Shown: piece by piece, positions 43,930 to 57,453 of the stretch
How the letters are laid out: each line of letters starts with the position of its first letter
Position numbering within the stretch: the first letter of the stretch is position 1
Source of the DNA: Rhynchopus sp. YZ270_cl-10
Lineage: Eukaryota
Direction: 5' to 3'
DNA: 64,000 nucleotides
NCBI GenBank assembly: GCA_964035575.1
Contig: OZ037834.1
Location: forward strand, 620,001-684,000
Program-made: the position numbers and the translations under genes
Notes under the pieces: generated by a model
What the model was told of the DNA's origin: nothing
The model's database searches: none
The model's input: the letters and a program-made list of their open reading frames with translations, nothing else

Positions 43930-45447
43930 ATGGAAGGCCACGACGCAGACCGCCTCGCACAGTGTGTCCTACAGGCGTACACGGGGCTTCCTGCGAAGGG
44001 GAAGCCCCAGGGGAAGGAGCACGGCATCGTCGCTGCTGTGGTGCTGGAGGTGCCAGCAACCACCTCCTCCTCCGCCACCTCCACACCTCACGCCCACAGC
44101 ACCCCACCCTCCGGACCAAATGAGCTCTGCGGCCACACCACCACCACCACCACAAGCACCTTCCACACCATCGCCCTCGGCACCGGCAGCGGCTGTGTCA
44201 GCGCTGCCAAGCTCTCTCCATCAGGCACCGCACTCCACGACGGCCACGCAGAAGTCATCTGCAAACGAAGCTTCCAAAGGTGGCTGTACGACGAAGCCTC
44301 TGCAATACTGAATCTGGATAACACAGAGCCGAAACAAGACAGCACATCTTCTTCACCCCCTCTAATAACTCTCCAACACCCTGATGCGCCGTTTTCGTTG
44401 AAAAATCGGTTGGTTTTGAGGGGAAAAATTCATTTTTTTACGACGCAGAGACCTTGTGGAGATTGTTGCGTTGAAGGGAGCATCAGAGAAGGAAACGAAA
44501 GAGAAGAAGAAAAAGAACGAAACCACAAACGGCGACGGTTGAATTCTACCACCACCGGGGTGTCTCCTGAAGAGCAAGATCGGTCATTTCAATCAGTTTC
44601 GAGCAATGAAAAGGAAATACCAAATCGATCATATTCCAAAACAACCGGCGCACGAAGGGTCTTATGGTGTCCTAATGAGGAATTCTGCAGAGACCTCGGT
44701 GAGGTAGTGTTCCCAGAAAAAACCATTGAAACAGCAATACTAGCTGACATTGGTGACGGTACTATAGGCGCTCTACGCAATAAGCCAGGGCGTGGACCCC
44801 TCAGCACCTCAATGAGCTGCAGCGACAAACTCTCCCGCTGGCGGCTCTTTGGCCTGCAGGGAACCCTTCTCAGTCTCTTCTATCTTCCCCTGCATATCGA
44901 ATCCCTCACCATCTCCGAGGAGTTATCACCGTCACAGCTGACAGCAGTATCGCGAAGTCTGACACGATGTGTTTCCAAAGAAATCCCGGTGTTTTCATCA
45001 AAAATTAGGTTTCCTCAAACAGACCCTACTGCGTTAGCTTCACAACGTATTATGTGTGGGTTTTCTTTGGGTTCTTGGTGGAAAAAAAGGGAGGAAGAGG
45101 GGACTGTCGACGTTACGGTGTCGTGCACTGGGGTGCCGGCTGGGGCAACGAAAAAGGCGGTGACGAGTGGACGCGCGGTCTCAAAATTAGCGCCAATAAA
45201 GATGTGGCAGGGGTTCTGCTCCTTGGTGAAGGTGGTGCGGTGGGAAAGTAATATTGAGGTGGGTGGTGGTGGTGGTGGTGGTGGTGGAGGTAATGCAGAC
45301 GGCCCTGAAAGCACCCAATGGAGTTGTACCAAAGAAGCAAAGACAAAGGTGAGGTTACTTCTTGGTGAAGGAGTAGTGCAAACCCATCAAAACGCATTTG
45401 CAAATGACGGACCACTCCGCGATTGGGTGAGAAAGGATCTATGTTGA
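43930..45447 (+). CDS. ADAT1: tRNA-specific adenosine deaminase (ADAT1/Tad1-like, A_deamin domain)
   Basis: ALGTG, DGHAEV, PCGD, LRNKPGRG, SMSCSDK and GLQGTLLS motifs. No dsRNA-binding domain visible. Confidence 0.85.
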   Translation: MEGHDADRLAQCVLQAYTGLPAKGKPQGKEHGIVAAVVLEVPATTSSSATSTPHAHSTPPSGPNELCGHTTTTTTSTFHTIALGTGSGCVSAAKLSPSGTALHDGHAEVICKRSFQRWLYDEASAILNLDNTEPKQDSTSSSPPLITLQHPDAPFSLKNRLVLRGKIHFFTTQRPCGDCCVEGSIREGNEREEEKERNHKRRRLNSTTTGVSPEEQDRSFQSVSSNEKEIPNRSYSKTTGARRVLWCPNEEFCRDLGEVVFPEKTIETAILADIGDGTIGALRNKPGRGPLSTSMSCSDKLSRWRLFGLQGTLLSLFYLPLHIESLTISEELSPSQLTAVSRSLTRCVSKEIPVFSSKIRFPQTDPTALASQRIMCGFSLGSWWKKREEEGTVDVTVSCTGVPAGATKKAVTSGRAVSKLAPIKMWQGFCSLVKVVRWESNIEVGGGGGGGGGGNADGPESTQWSCTKEAKTKVRLLLGEGVVQTHQNAFANDGPLRDWVRKDLC

Positions 45448-45621
45448 GGGGAAAAAATGGGGGGTTTGAACGGAGAATGATAGGTATAACGTTATATCTA
45501 ACGTTATAACGTTTTTTTTTTTTCAAAGTGGTGAAGTTAGAATTCTCAAAATTTGGAAAAATAGATGCACACGGTGGACAAAACGTCTTCCAATTTTTTT
45601 TTCTCTTCCCCTTTTTTTTTA

Positions 45622-45893
45622 AGGTGGCTAAGACACAGCGAGACTTGGGCTCATCTTATAAACCTTTCTTCTTTTCAAACGAACACAAAGGGACCGTCCT
45701 ACTCAGGCACCTTTTAGATATATTTGTCCATTGACGATGACTAAGCACAGAGAGGTTTAGGATCATCTTATAAACCTTTCTTCTTTTCAAACGAACACAA
45801 AGGGACCGTCCTACTCAGGCACCTTTTAGATATATTTGTCCATTGACGATGACTAAGCACAGAGAGGTTTAGGATCATCTTATAAACCTTTCT
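45622..45893 (+). repeat. Tandem truncated copies of a third retroposon-tail family; also at ~1700, 7233, 9902, 17395-17510, 24142, 38660, 38840, 39263, 40698
   Basis: Shared 3' hairpin GATGACTAAGCACAGAGAGG(C/T)TTAGG.TCATCTTATAAAC, with variable 5' extent. Confidence 0.75.
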
Positions 45894-46169
45894 TCATTCT
45901 CCTCCTCTCTCCCTCTTTAACCCCCTCCTCTTCCCCATCTTCCCCATCTTCCCTCTTCCCTCCCTACACATAATCAACCCCTCTCGGGTATTCTCAATCT
46001 GCTCACCTCCACCTCCACCCCTTTCCCCTCAGGAACAATAGAAAAAGACTTCTTTCGTCTTTTTCAAAAAAAAAAAAAGCAAATAGGTATAGGGTAGGGA
46101 AACGGCTGTCCAAAGAACAAAAAGATAGGTTGAGTCTCTCATAGTGCAGCAGAGAGAGAAGGGGGGAAG

Positions 46170-48832
46170 ATGAGTGCGGCAGAGGTCGTGAGTGGGCCTA
46201 AGTGCAGCTCTTTTGGTGACGTAACGTTGAACGCGGCGACGCAGCCGTTTACAGTGGTATGCATTATGCGAAGTTGTCGTTCTTTCTTTGCGCAACACTC
46301 CGGGGTTCGATAACCCGCGGAGTGTCAGTGCCTGCGTCCCAGAGGCGTTTTGCACTATCAACTTCACTTCTTTCTCTCTTCCCCCCCCCCCACACGAAAT
46401 GGCTGGCATTGTACCGTCAATCAGAAGGGACGCCTGCATCAATAACCTATGTACCTTGCAATACTCTTTTGCTATAGAGGTGCTTTTTTTTTAACAACTT
46501 TTTATTCCTACGAAGCTTTGCTTTAAAGGAGAAAATAGTATTACCGGGGTATCGCCAAATCATCCCCTGAGGATTTTGTGCAAAAATCAACGAAAAAAAC
46601 AACTTTACTTACCCCGATCCTACTATTTTTTGCTTTGATCTGGATGTCACTTGGTACATCGAACAGACTATTTTTTAACCCTTTTTTTTTATGAACAAAC
46701 CATCATAACTCATAACTCTCTCTCTCTCTCTCTCTCAGCCCAACACCGGCACCCCCTTTGTGTCTCCGTCTCCTCAAGCCAAAGCTGCGTCCGGTGTTCT
46801 TTACGAAACTCTTGTTGAACCCCACCTCGCCTCCGAAACCTCTGACACCGAGCGACGCACCTTCGTCGACACAATAGAAAGCATCTTCCGCGCCTTTATT
46901 GATTCCGTTTCCGCAAAATTCGCGTACAATGGGAAGCCTATTACCCATTTATATGTGTTTGGGTCTCTTCGATTGGACCTGCATCTCGAAGATTCAGACA
47001 TCGACATGCTGTGCTTGGTAGGTGGAGACGCGATAGCTCGGGTCAACCCCAATGCACTAAGAGACGCCTTCTTCCAAGCCATGCCACTCCTCCTCAAAGA
47101 ACGTCTCGGGACCACAAAATGCGTTGCCATCACGAAGGCGATTGTCCCGGTCATTAAGGTAGTGAAAGGCGGTTTGGAAGCGGATTTGGCATTTGCCGCG
47201 GTACCAGGGGTAGTGAAGCGAGAGGACATCGACAATGATATGGCATTGAGGGGGTTGGATGAGAGGCTCTACCAGAGTGTCTCTGGAGTGAGGAATGGGG
47301 AGTGCGTGGCAAGGGCGTTGCCGAACCCAACCGTTTTTTGGATTGTTGCGCGGGCGGTAAAATATTGGTTGTCTCGACGTCGGTTATATGGCAGTGTATA
47401 TGGGTATATAGGGGGCGGTGCGGCCGCCTTGCTGATTGCGGTGGAATGTCAAAAAAGCCCGCATTTGTCTCCAGCAGAGATTTTTTTGAATTTTTTCCGT
47501 TCGCTGTACGACCTTACGAGGGCGACGTTAGAGAAGCACCGACGCTCTGATCAAAAAGGCGATTTTTGGAAACCCCACGACGTCCGCCCAGGAATTCTTC
47601 CGATCATCACCGTATCGTCCGAGGTGTATTCGCATCTCGCTGCCGTCAACCTTCACGACATCTTCTTGGTATTAAACCCGATTTATCCGTTTACCAATAA
47701 TACACGAATGGTGGGGGTATTAGAACTCAAAGAAATTCATGAAGAATGCAGCCGTGCACTCACCCTTCTCTACCCGTGTGAAAACCCGCTCAGCAGGACA
47801 GAAGCACCACCAAAATTTCCCTCACTACCTGGTCCATTTTCGAAGGGAATGTCAAACCCCGCAGTTTATACTAAACTAGTTGAAGCGGTTCCGTACATTC
47901 ACGAGAAATATGGGTTTATTGAAATTTCTATAGGGTCGACTGATGAGCAGACCGCTGTGGTAAATGGAAAATTTGTGTGCACCAAGGTTCGGTTTTTATT
48001 ACAAGAACTGTCGGAGACGTTTTCGCTTGTTTTCTCTGCTCGACCGATTCCGGTAGAGGTAACCCCTTCTGAAGGGTGGATGGGCGAGGATGCACCGTAT
48101 GCTTTGGCTGTCTATATTTCCCTTCACTTCCATAAAATTGCGAATAGTTGTGACAAAAGCCGTTCTGAGGTGCGTACAGAGGACATTGCTTCATCTGCCG
48201 CAGCAATCCTCACGAAACTCACCGCACCCACCCTCTCCACCACCAAGGATCATACCGGACCACGTGTACGGTGTCTTTCTTATAAAGACCTACCTGATTT
48301 TGCTGTAGAAGCGCTCCAAGGTGGACCTAGTGCAGACTCATCGAAAGCACCAAAGGGGGAGAAGTCGAGTAGGGCAAGCCCACCTCCGGTTCCGGTCCCG
48401 CGGGCAGTGAAGAGGGTGGAGGTGAAGAAGGAGGTGGGGATGCTTCCGGTGAAAAGGGAGAAGGGGGTGGAGGAGGAGGAGGGGGAGGGGAAGAGGGAGG
48501 AGCTGGTACCGTTGCTGGCGGTGAAGATTGAGCCTGGGTTGGTGCAGGATGAAGAAGATCTCGATGACGATGTGTCTGACGATTTGATCATCATAGAACC
48601 GGACACTCAAGGCGATGAAGGGCTGGTAGCAGATTTATGTGAAAATCAAAACAACAAGAAACGGTCGAGAGAAGAAGAAGAAGAAGAAGACAACACAGAG
48701 GAACAAAACGCCGCAAAACGGACGCGAATAGAGGCCACAAAGCAGAATGGCAAAGATGGTGATGACGAAGACGCGATCTCGCTTGCGCCAACCTCAGAGA
48801 GCAGTGAGAGTGACTGCAGATCTGTAAATTAG
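46170..48832 (+). CDS. Canonical-type poly(A) polymerase. Probable exons 46170-46256 and 46739-48832
   Basis: FGSLRLDLHLEDSDIDMLC nucleotidyltransferase motif, plus AIVPVIK, DLAFA, SVSGVR, RAVKYW..RRRLYGSVYGYIGG and LNPIYPFTNNT. Exon 1 is inferred from an ATG...GTATGC and a (CT)n-CAG acceptor, both phase 0. Confidence 0.85.
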
Positions 48833-49358
48833 GGCAGAAAAAGGGGGGGGAGGGGGTGCGAAGCCGTTTTTTCTGTAACGCTCAAGAAAAAAAAAATCAC
48901 AAAAAATCATGAAAAATATGGCACAAAGGCATTCCTAAAAGAAAGTGTGACATTTCTGTGACATTTTTTCGAAAACCCAGACTATTACCCTCTCTACCCC
49001 CCTGCTCTGACAAAGTATCAAACGATAAGATTACCCTGAAACAAAACCCCATCCTTGGCTGAACACCATACCTGGTGGTGTTGTTTGGTCTTTTTTACAT
49101 ACGTACCCATACAGCCTTATTCCCTCTGCCTCCCTGATCTGATACAGTATCAAAGGATACAATTACCCTGAAACAAACCACACCCCGCCTCTTCCACACA
49201 CCACATCACCACTGTGCAGTCTCTATTTCCTTCCCCTTCCCCTTCACAAAACCCAACCCACCTCTATATCCAAAACCTTGCCCTGTAACAGTTGTTTTCC
49301 CCTGTTTTGATTTCTGTCTGTTGTGTTCTGTTCTGTCCTCGACCCCCTTTCCCTAAGC

Positions 49359-49664
49359 ATGTCTGGTCATGATGGTGATGATGATGATGGTGCTGTCTCT
49401 CCTCAAGGCAAGGCTGAGCAAGAGTTGAAAGAGCTCAAGGAGAAGGAGACGGAGAAGGCAAAGGTAAGGGCAACAGTGGATAAGCTGGAACAACAGCTGA
49501 ACGAGCTGCGTGCGCAGGTCATCACTTACCAGAAGGCTCTACAGGAAAGGGTGGCAATAACTGGTGGAGACTCACTACTTGCTGCGCTTGATCAATGCGA
49601 TGGCACTGATGCCGTAGCTGCAGCATACGTCGCCAAGATCGCCGAGCTCAAGAAGGAGCAGATG
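49359..49664 (+). pseudogene. Orphan header exon of the modular effector family; no exon 2 found
   Basis: Nearly identical to exon 1 at 61996-62292. Its intron matches that copy until 49720 and then switches to unrelated DNA. Confidence 0.7.
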
Positions 49665-50305
49665 GTATGTGTCACTTGCTTTGCACACCTACATTCATTT
49701 CATCTTTCTAGCATGACCCAACGATAAAATCCACCTGTCCACGGTCAAGTACGTTTGAGAGGCCGGGGGTGTAATATTTTCACCCGAAAAGGCGCGTATA
49801 TGAATTTCCGGATCGATCTGAAAAAATTCCGGGGTCGCAACATTTTTTTGGTGGATTTTTTATCACTTTAAAGTGGCTCCAAAAACAGGCCATTGTATAC
49901 GGCTAAGCAGATTTTGGCTGATATATATATTTTTTTGCGCATACCATTTATCTATTACTACGTGCCCTTTTGTTGTTATTGCTTACCACTTGCTTCGGCA
50001 AGGTTGGTTGAGGACGTTACGGGGAAATCTCACCACCACCTTCATCAGTATTTTTTGTGTTGTGTTTCCCCAGTCTCGCCCTCATGACCACATACCTCGC
50101 TGCCGTTTTTTCGGCGCTATTAACCAAAAAAGACCTTTCCCCCCATATTTTATCCTAAAGAGACCCCCCACAATAAACCAAAAAAATCTCCCCCCGGTTC
50201 CACGCCGTACGCAAGAAGTACGCATAACGGAGGTCAGGAGACACCACTATTAGACCCAAGTGGGTTGTTAGGCGATTGTCGACACAAAAAAAGGTTCATA
50301 TTTTG

Positions 50306-51346
50306 GGGTGTCCCGGCGGTACCACACTAACACCCACTTACGCACACTTTCACCCCATTACACCCCATTACACCCCATTACACCCACTTTCACCCCATTA
50401 CGCCCCATTACACCCCATTACACATGAATTACAACGCTTGGTGTTTTGGTCTTTACTAAAGGGATGTGCGGACGACATCAAAAAAATTGAAATTTTTCGC
50501 GATATTTGGTGCTCCAAAAATTTTCCGGAACCGAAAATCGTGTAGTTTGGGGGTATTGAGGCCAGAAAAAATATGTGTGAATACATGAAAATATTCCTGA
50601 TAGGGTGGCATTCGGCCAAAACATCAGCTGTTTTGGTCATTTTTGCCTTGTACAGTGCTGTGTACTGTGTACTGTGTACTGTGTACTGTGTACTGTGTAC
50701 TGTGTACTGTGTACTGTGTACTGTGTACTGTGTACTGTGTACTGTGTACTGTGTACTGTGTACTGTGTACTGTGTACTGTGTACTGTGTACTGTGTACTG
50801 TGTACTGTGTACTGTGTACTGTGTACTGTGTACTGTGTACTGTGTACTGTGTACTGTGTACTGTGTACTGTGTACTGTGTACTGTGTACTGTGTACTGTG
50901 TACTGTGTACTGTGTACTGTGTACTGTGTACTGTGTACTGTGTACTGTGTACTGTGTACTGTGTACTGTGTACTGTGTACTGTGTAGAAACACGGTAGAA
51001 ACACGGTGGAAACATGGGGAATCGGTTATGTAGCCACGCCAGTAAAAATTTAACACCGGTGGCACTGTACGCATAAGTGCATAGAAAAAATCGTAAAACA
51101 ACGTGTAATCTGTGGTGGTCAAAAGTGCAAAATTCCTTCGGCAATCGTCAGCCAGGCAATTTTTTTTTTGCTCCACTCGCCAAAAAAAATTTTGTTGTCA
51201 CCTTTTTTGGACTTTTCGTGTTGAAAAAACGGGGGGAAAACGAAAAAAATGCAAAAAGTTTAAATTCCCTCCATTACACTCCATTACACCCCATTACGCC
51301 CCATTACACCCCATTACACCTGAATTACGCCGTGCCCGGGACACCC
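50306..51346. mobile_element. Mutator-like non-autonomous element
   Basis: GGGTGTCCCGG ... CCGGGACACCC, with a 9-bp TSD CATATTTTG at 50297-50305 and 51347-51355. Subterminal CACCCCATTA repeats. Confidence 0.7.
50658..50986. repeat. Perfect heptamer microsatellite (CTGTGTA) x ~47
   Basis: Directly visible in the sequence. Confidence 0.97.
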
Positions 51347-51667
51347 CATATTTTGGCTGAACAACCGTACCAGGGGTGTTGTTTGGTCTTTTTTACATAC
51401 ATACCCATACGGCCTTCTTCCGTCTCTACCTCCCTGAGCTGATACAGTATCAAAAGATACAATCACCCTGAAACAAACCACACCCCGCCTCTTCCACACA
51501 CCACATCACCACTGTGCAGTCTCTATTTCCCCCCCTTCCCCTTCCCTTTTCTTCACACAAAACCCAACCCGCATACCCAAACACTTGCCCTACAACGTTT
51601 GCTTTCCCCTGTTTTTGTTCGTTTTGTTCTGTTCTGTTCTGTTCCCCAACCCCCTTTCTCTTCAAGT

Positions 51668-54508
51668 ATGTCTCCTGGTGTGGATGACGGAAGTGGACCC
51701 CTGCCCTTGGAGAATGAACAACAGGCTACCTCTTCCATAGCTGGTCTACAAGGCTCTGTTGCAGAAGCGCAAGAAGCTGTGAGGAAGCTGCAGACAGAGA
51801 AGGAGGCGAAGGAGAAAAAGAAGGAGATGCCGAGTGATCACATTGTTATCTTAAACCGTTGTCTTCGGCTGAATACGTTTACTCACGATGGCTTTACTAT
51901 CGATACTTTGGGTGAAGTTGCGGATCGTTTTGATCATGCCCGACCAAGCGAGGACGCTATACAGGCCGTGATCACCGAGCTCAAGGAGGAGAAGTCGATC
52001 GAGGAGGATCGTCTGAAGGTATCACCCTTACTTTCGTAGTTTCTATTCACTTAACCTTTGAGTTGAGTCATTACATGTGGTTGTACTGTCTGTGTGGCGT
52101 AGGGAACTTTGGACCTTTTGGAGGCACGGCGAGTGGTCTACTTGCGTTTCCACATTATTTGTATTTCATTTTTCCAGCAATGACCCATTCGCAACATGTG
52201 TGTGTTGGGGTTGCAAAGTCGGCAGTGGAGATGTTGCACAGCTTTGTATTTTATTCTGTTGTTTCGAGTCGTTGTACATTTATTTTGCACACACTTACAG
52301 AAAGCTGAGGAAAATCTGTCCACTGCACTCAAGACCCTGGAGTATGCAATGGCGAAGGATGCTCAACTGCAGCCATTCGATATGGATGAATTTGTGAAGA
52401 AGGCGATTTCGCCGTGCGAACCAAGCACCAACAATAGTAAAAAGCGCATTGGGCGTGATGGGTTCAACCAGAGGTTGGTCTCCATTGTGGATGAACTCAC
52501 GGTGAGAGATAAACTCAAGGGAATGACGATGCAAAACACAAGAGCACTGGTGTTGGCGTGTGCTTCTGGAGTTGGGAAGACGTTTGGCACATTAACAGCA
52601 CGACAGGGCTTTCAACAGCAAGAGATGGAGAATGGGGGCAAGAAGCGTTATGAACCTGTTGTGGCATACATCGGATTCAACTGCGCCTCGCCACTGTCTG
52701 ATAATGAAGCAGCTTTTCTCGGGGATGGGAGCGTGGATGGAGACACTTGCGTCAAGGTACTTGTCTTGTCCCGCTTGTTTGCTTGGCTCAATGGGTACAA
52801 GCAGCTGCAGAGCGAGAAGCAGCAACTGGGCCCAACAGTTCTTGACATTCCAGATTCAGACGTGCAGATGCAGTTCAGGCTTGGAGAACTGATGACCAAA
52901 GAAGACCTCAAGGACGTGGACGTGAACGACATAACGGCACGCATTACGCAGATGCTCGAGGAGTTTGGGAAACAAACCCCTGGGCTTGTGTTGATTGTCG
53001 TCGTGGACGAGGGTCAGAAGCTGGACGAGAAGCGTAAGGATGGCGCACGGTTTGCTCTGAGGTACCTGCGACAATTACAAATGCATATGATGCGTGTGAA
53101 GGAGGCAGTGAGAGTGCTTCCTGTATGCACGGGAATCAACCCACAGACCCACCTCAGTGATGCAAGAGAAGGACAAAACATTTCACTCACGACACAAGAA
53201 GAAGTTTTATTGAGCCCGGAAGAATTTGACAGCCTCCTCCACACTGTATACTACGACAACACAAGACTTCATAAATGGCGCAGAAAAGGCGATGCAACAG
53301 AACAAGAAATCAGAGACCTCAGTCTCTTCGCCGCTCTCACATGGCCACGGGTGAGGCCTGTGATGGAGATGCCAGATAAGGGATTCAAGATTTTTGCCGA
53401 TGATTCACCTCTCATGTGGGCGCCGAATACGACTGACTGGGATGTCCGGCGCATGCTACATGCAGCGGCAGATGGTGACTACCTTGCAGCCAACTTCAAG
53501 ATACCTACAAATATGGTTCGTCTGATTGACTCAGATGGGCAGCAGTGTCCGGTGATCGACTACAGCGTGCTCGAAAGAGTCGGAGTTCGTTTGCTAGGGT
53601 CAGAGTTCGCCAACTGGTTTCCCGACCGAGTGGACCTCAGAGGACTGAGCAGCGAAGGTTGGGCGACGTTTGAGAACAACGCATTCCGCACTTTGGCCCT
53701 TTTCCTGCTCTTCTTCTATCACAACAGGGAAGCCACATACACCATGCCCCCAACTGGCGAGAAGACGTCTCGACTCACAAACTGGGTGCCTGAGTCTGTC
53801 AACAAGGTAGAGATCATAACGCTGAAGAACGAAACGTGCCAGAGTCACCCCTTCAACGTGCAAAAGTGGATGACGAGCAAGAAACTGGGAGACACTCCCA
53901 AAGTAGTCAAGAACGTCAGCAAAGAATTTGCCACCGCATTGGAGGCGCTGGAGGTGGGTGGTGCGACTCTGATGCATTGCAAGGGATCGGCACCTATGGA
54001 CTTCATTTTGGTGACGTTGGAGGAGGGCAAGACACTGCAGGTCCGCTACGCAGACGCGAAGCACAGGAGTAACGAAGTGATGTCGAAGGGAGACGTCAAT
54101 GAAATGCTTGACAAGGCAGAAGGAGTCCACAACACACTACGTGAACTTCTCAAAGGACAGTTCACCGTACCTGAATGGAAGGACAGCAACTTACTTATCA
54201 TCACCAACTCCCAGTTTGATGATAACTGTCTGGAGAGTTGTTCGCCTCCGAAAAAGTACGAACTTCTCGACAAGGTACGTGTGATGAGTCCTCGGACGAC
54301 AACGTGGGAACCTATGACGAGAGTTCTGTACCGCAGTGTTCCTGCTCCAACCTCAAGTGTGTTGGCATCGCGTCCTGTGTATCCAGTGCTCTCTCAACTC
54401 CCGGAAATGACGAGGAAGACGTGGAGCACACCTCCACCACAGACAGGAGCTAGATTGACGAGAACTGTACCGGTCTTGTGGTTCGTGCGGAGACTCAAAT
54501 TCATGTAA
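51668..54508 (+). CDS. Crinkler/RHS-like protein: helical header, P-loop NTPase and putative PD-(D/E)xK REase. Exons 51668-52018 and 52301-54508 (~852 aa)
   Basis: Walker A ACASGVGKT and Walker B LIVVVDEGQ. The C-terminal APMDFILV...YADAKH fits a restriction-endonuclease fold. Phase-0 GTATCA..ACAG intron. Confidence 0.75.
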
Positions 54509-55067
54509 ATGACCCGACAAAGGTGGTCGTCAAAAAAACAAGCTAGTAATGGCTATCGGAAGGAAAATTATAAGGCCATAGAAAGTGTGTGTGAAGTTCA
54601 CGTGCTGAGAGTGGCTGTATTGGAGAGGCGTTCTCATAAAAAAACCCCCCAGGGTACCCAGGATATGGGAAGTTTACGTGAAGTTTATACGGTGTGTTTC
54701 CATGAGGATGAGACTTGGTGTGGCTGAAGGGGGGGTGCGATAAAGTATTTTCTGCTATTTTGTGCTATTTTGGGGGTCGTCGGCCACACCAAGACTAAGA
54801 GTGGGAGCTGTTCCATTTTTTTTTTAAATGAGTTGTCGTTCTTGTGTGAGGGGTTTTGTTCATTGCACCCTTGCCCATTTGATACCTAGGCTTCCCCCCG
54901 CCTCCCCTCTTCCCCTTTCCTTTCCTTCCTTCTGCCAGGGAAGTTTCCCTAGGAGAACGCCACCCCCAAGCAGCTTGAGGACCCCAAGTTCAGCCTCGAC
55001 TTTTGCCGTGAGGCGCTCAGTATGTGTTTCCCCCTCGTGGAATGGATCCTTTGATGTGCACACACAC

Positions 55068-55501
55068 AAGTAAGTGGTGATGAAACGCCAGGTAGTGTTG
55101 TACACAATGTGGTTTTCTGCAAACGAGACATCCATAAAAACCCAGGCTATGTAAAGTTTATGTGAAGTTCATGTACTGAAAGAGGCTGTATTGGGAATAA
55201 GGGGGTCCAAAGGGTAAATCACTCTAATCCCATAAAAAACCCCCCCAGGGTACCCAGGATATGGGAAGTATACGTGAAGTTTATACGATGGGTTTCGTGA
55301 ACACGAGTAGTCTGGCTGCTGTAATGACGAGGCTGATCTCATATGGTGTTGCAGAAGGGCTTGGATATCCGTCCTGCGATCTTCCACACACCACATCACC
55401 ACTGTGCAGTCTCTTCCCTTCCCCTTCCCCTTTCACACAAAACCCAACCCACCTCTATATCCAAAACCTTGCCCTGTAACAGTTGTTTTCCCCTGTTTTG
55501 A
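55068..55501 (+). repeat. Upstream repeat unit of the effector array; also at ~49050-49358, ~51355-51667 and 63427-64000
   Basis: CTTCCACACACCACATCACCACTGTGCAGT...CAAAACCCAACCC...TTTCCCCTGTTTT occurs four times, each before a header exon or at the window end. Confidence 0.9.
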
Positions 55502-55596
55502 CTGTACTTCATTGGTATACACATCACACACCCCACACGACCGTCCCCCCCGGTTCTTTCCTTGTGGCGCATCTGCCTGGGTCCTCTCCCACTCAG

Positions 55597-55955
55597 ATGT
55601 CGCTCCTAGCGAAAGCCAGAGAGACCTACGACCGTGCGCAAGCACTGGTCCTAGCGTCGAACTCAGAGGAGACCAAGATCCTTGCACTACAATGCATTGA
55701 TCTCTGCCTGAGTGTCCTGGGTGCCCCCCAGCCTAATCCCCCACATGGTGCTGATAACAGCAATGGCAGCAGCAGGACCGCATTTGGCGGCGGCAGCAGC
55801 AATAGCAACATCAACAGCAACCGCAACAATTACAGCAACAAGAACAGCAACAACAGCAACAACAGAAACAGCAACGGCAACAGCAACAACAGAAACCGCT
55901 CTGCATGGGTGCAGGTCCCCGGCAAGAGCAGCGGCAACAACAACAACAGCAACAA

Positions 55956-56031
<76 letters not shown>

Positions 56032-56032
56032 C

Positions 56033-56068
<36 letters not shown>

Positions 56069-57453
56069 ACAGATACAGTCCGCTTAGTGACACGCGCGGT
56101 GGACGCGGAGCGGAGGATGGCGTCAACGGCGGCGAAGGACGCGATGTCGAGGAGCCCTCGCAGGAATGGACACAAGTGGTAAGAGGCAGCAGGCAGAAAC
56201 AGAGGCTGCAGAAGTTCGCGGAGTACCGGCGCATCGCCGAGGAGGAACCGGAGACAGTACGAACGACGTTTTCGCTTATGCAGAGCCAATTCGGGGGCGC
56301 CCCAATCTGCAGGGAAGTGGACTTGGTGATGACGGCGATGGACTTGGCGTTCATTGCTGATAACGCAGACGAGGCGAGACTCGCTTGGGAGGCCGTGCTG
56401 GCACGCGAGGAGGACATCCGGAACGAGGATGCCTTCCCGAGGATCGCCGTGTACGCGAAGAAACGCTTCTGTTCGCGGTGTGTGGCAGTTACGCTGCGGA
56501 CAGAAAACAGGAGTCTCAAGCAGCAGCGAGATGAGACCTGGTACGCATGTTACTCTCTGCTGTGGGAGGAGGAGATGAAGGAAGCGATGCCGAAGACGGT
56601 ACGTGTGAATTCGCAACCCTCCACCGCTGTGCTCATCTGCACGTTGTCGGAGAAGTTTGCGGATGCGACGACATGGAGGCAAGCGGAGCGCAACCCTGGC
56701 ATTATGATGCCGAGACTGCTGACAGATCTATGCAAGGTAGTGCAGCACGTGGTGAAGCCCAACAACGTGTGGGACTACTTCCGCAGAGAGAACGAGCATG
56801 GGAATGGGCACGAAATTAGCCTGCGCGTGCCGGTGAGTAAGGTGGAGCAGCTACTGCCGCTGTCGGGGAAACAAGGGCTCTTTCTCAAGCCTCTGAAGTG
56901 GCACTGCGGCAACGACAAGTACCCTGTGGCCTGGCTGGACCGGACGGTGACGCTCGAGAGAGCCCTGGAGTTGAATACACGGAACCCCAACTCCTGCCTA
57001 GGGCTAGCCGTGGGAGTGAGTGGGGGTCTAGCACTAAGGATGAAGCAAGGGGTTGACTTGGATGCCGTTCGCAGAGAGATACCACAGGGTATGCTCGCGC
57101 CCATGTCGAACGATCCCTCTCTGGTGAGGTACACGGTGTCGGGTGCACGGCACTACGAGGAGGCGGCAGACATCATGTCCGTTCTGCGGGGCACGAGCTG
57201 GCCATGCACACAGCTGGCAACGTACAAGCGCAAAGGACAGACGTGGCTGATCGTGGCCGCGAACACCGCCCCGCACTTCACCAACATTGAGCGCACAGGC
57301 CAGTCCATGGTCACAGTCAGGCCAGCATCGTCTGCGGACAGCCACCGCCCCCGCACTAACAGGTTCACTGGCAAATTGGTGTTCCCATCAGAGTCGTCCG
57401 AGATGGAGACGGAGATCGTTGAGCCAGAGGCGACAGTAGAGCCCATGTTGTGA
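55597..57453 (+). CDS. LINE ORF1 protein with an Asn/Ser low-complexity tract
   Basis: Long ORF directly upstream of and in frame with ORF2. The ATG follows a pyrimidine tract and CAG. (AACAGC)n tract at ~55800-56070. Confidence 0.8.

Noticed and set aside
50340..50425. Telomere-like repeats (CACCCCATTA)n
   Set aside because: They are short, degenerate and confined to the subterminal regions of a TIR element.
50398..51176. Several ORFs with TVHSTQY/VYCVLCT repeats
   Set aside because: These are artefacts of the stop-free heptamer microsatellite.
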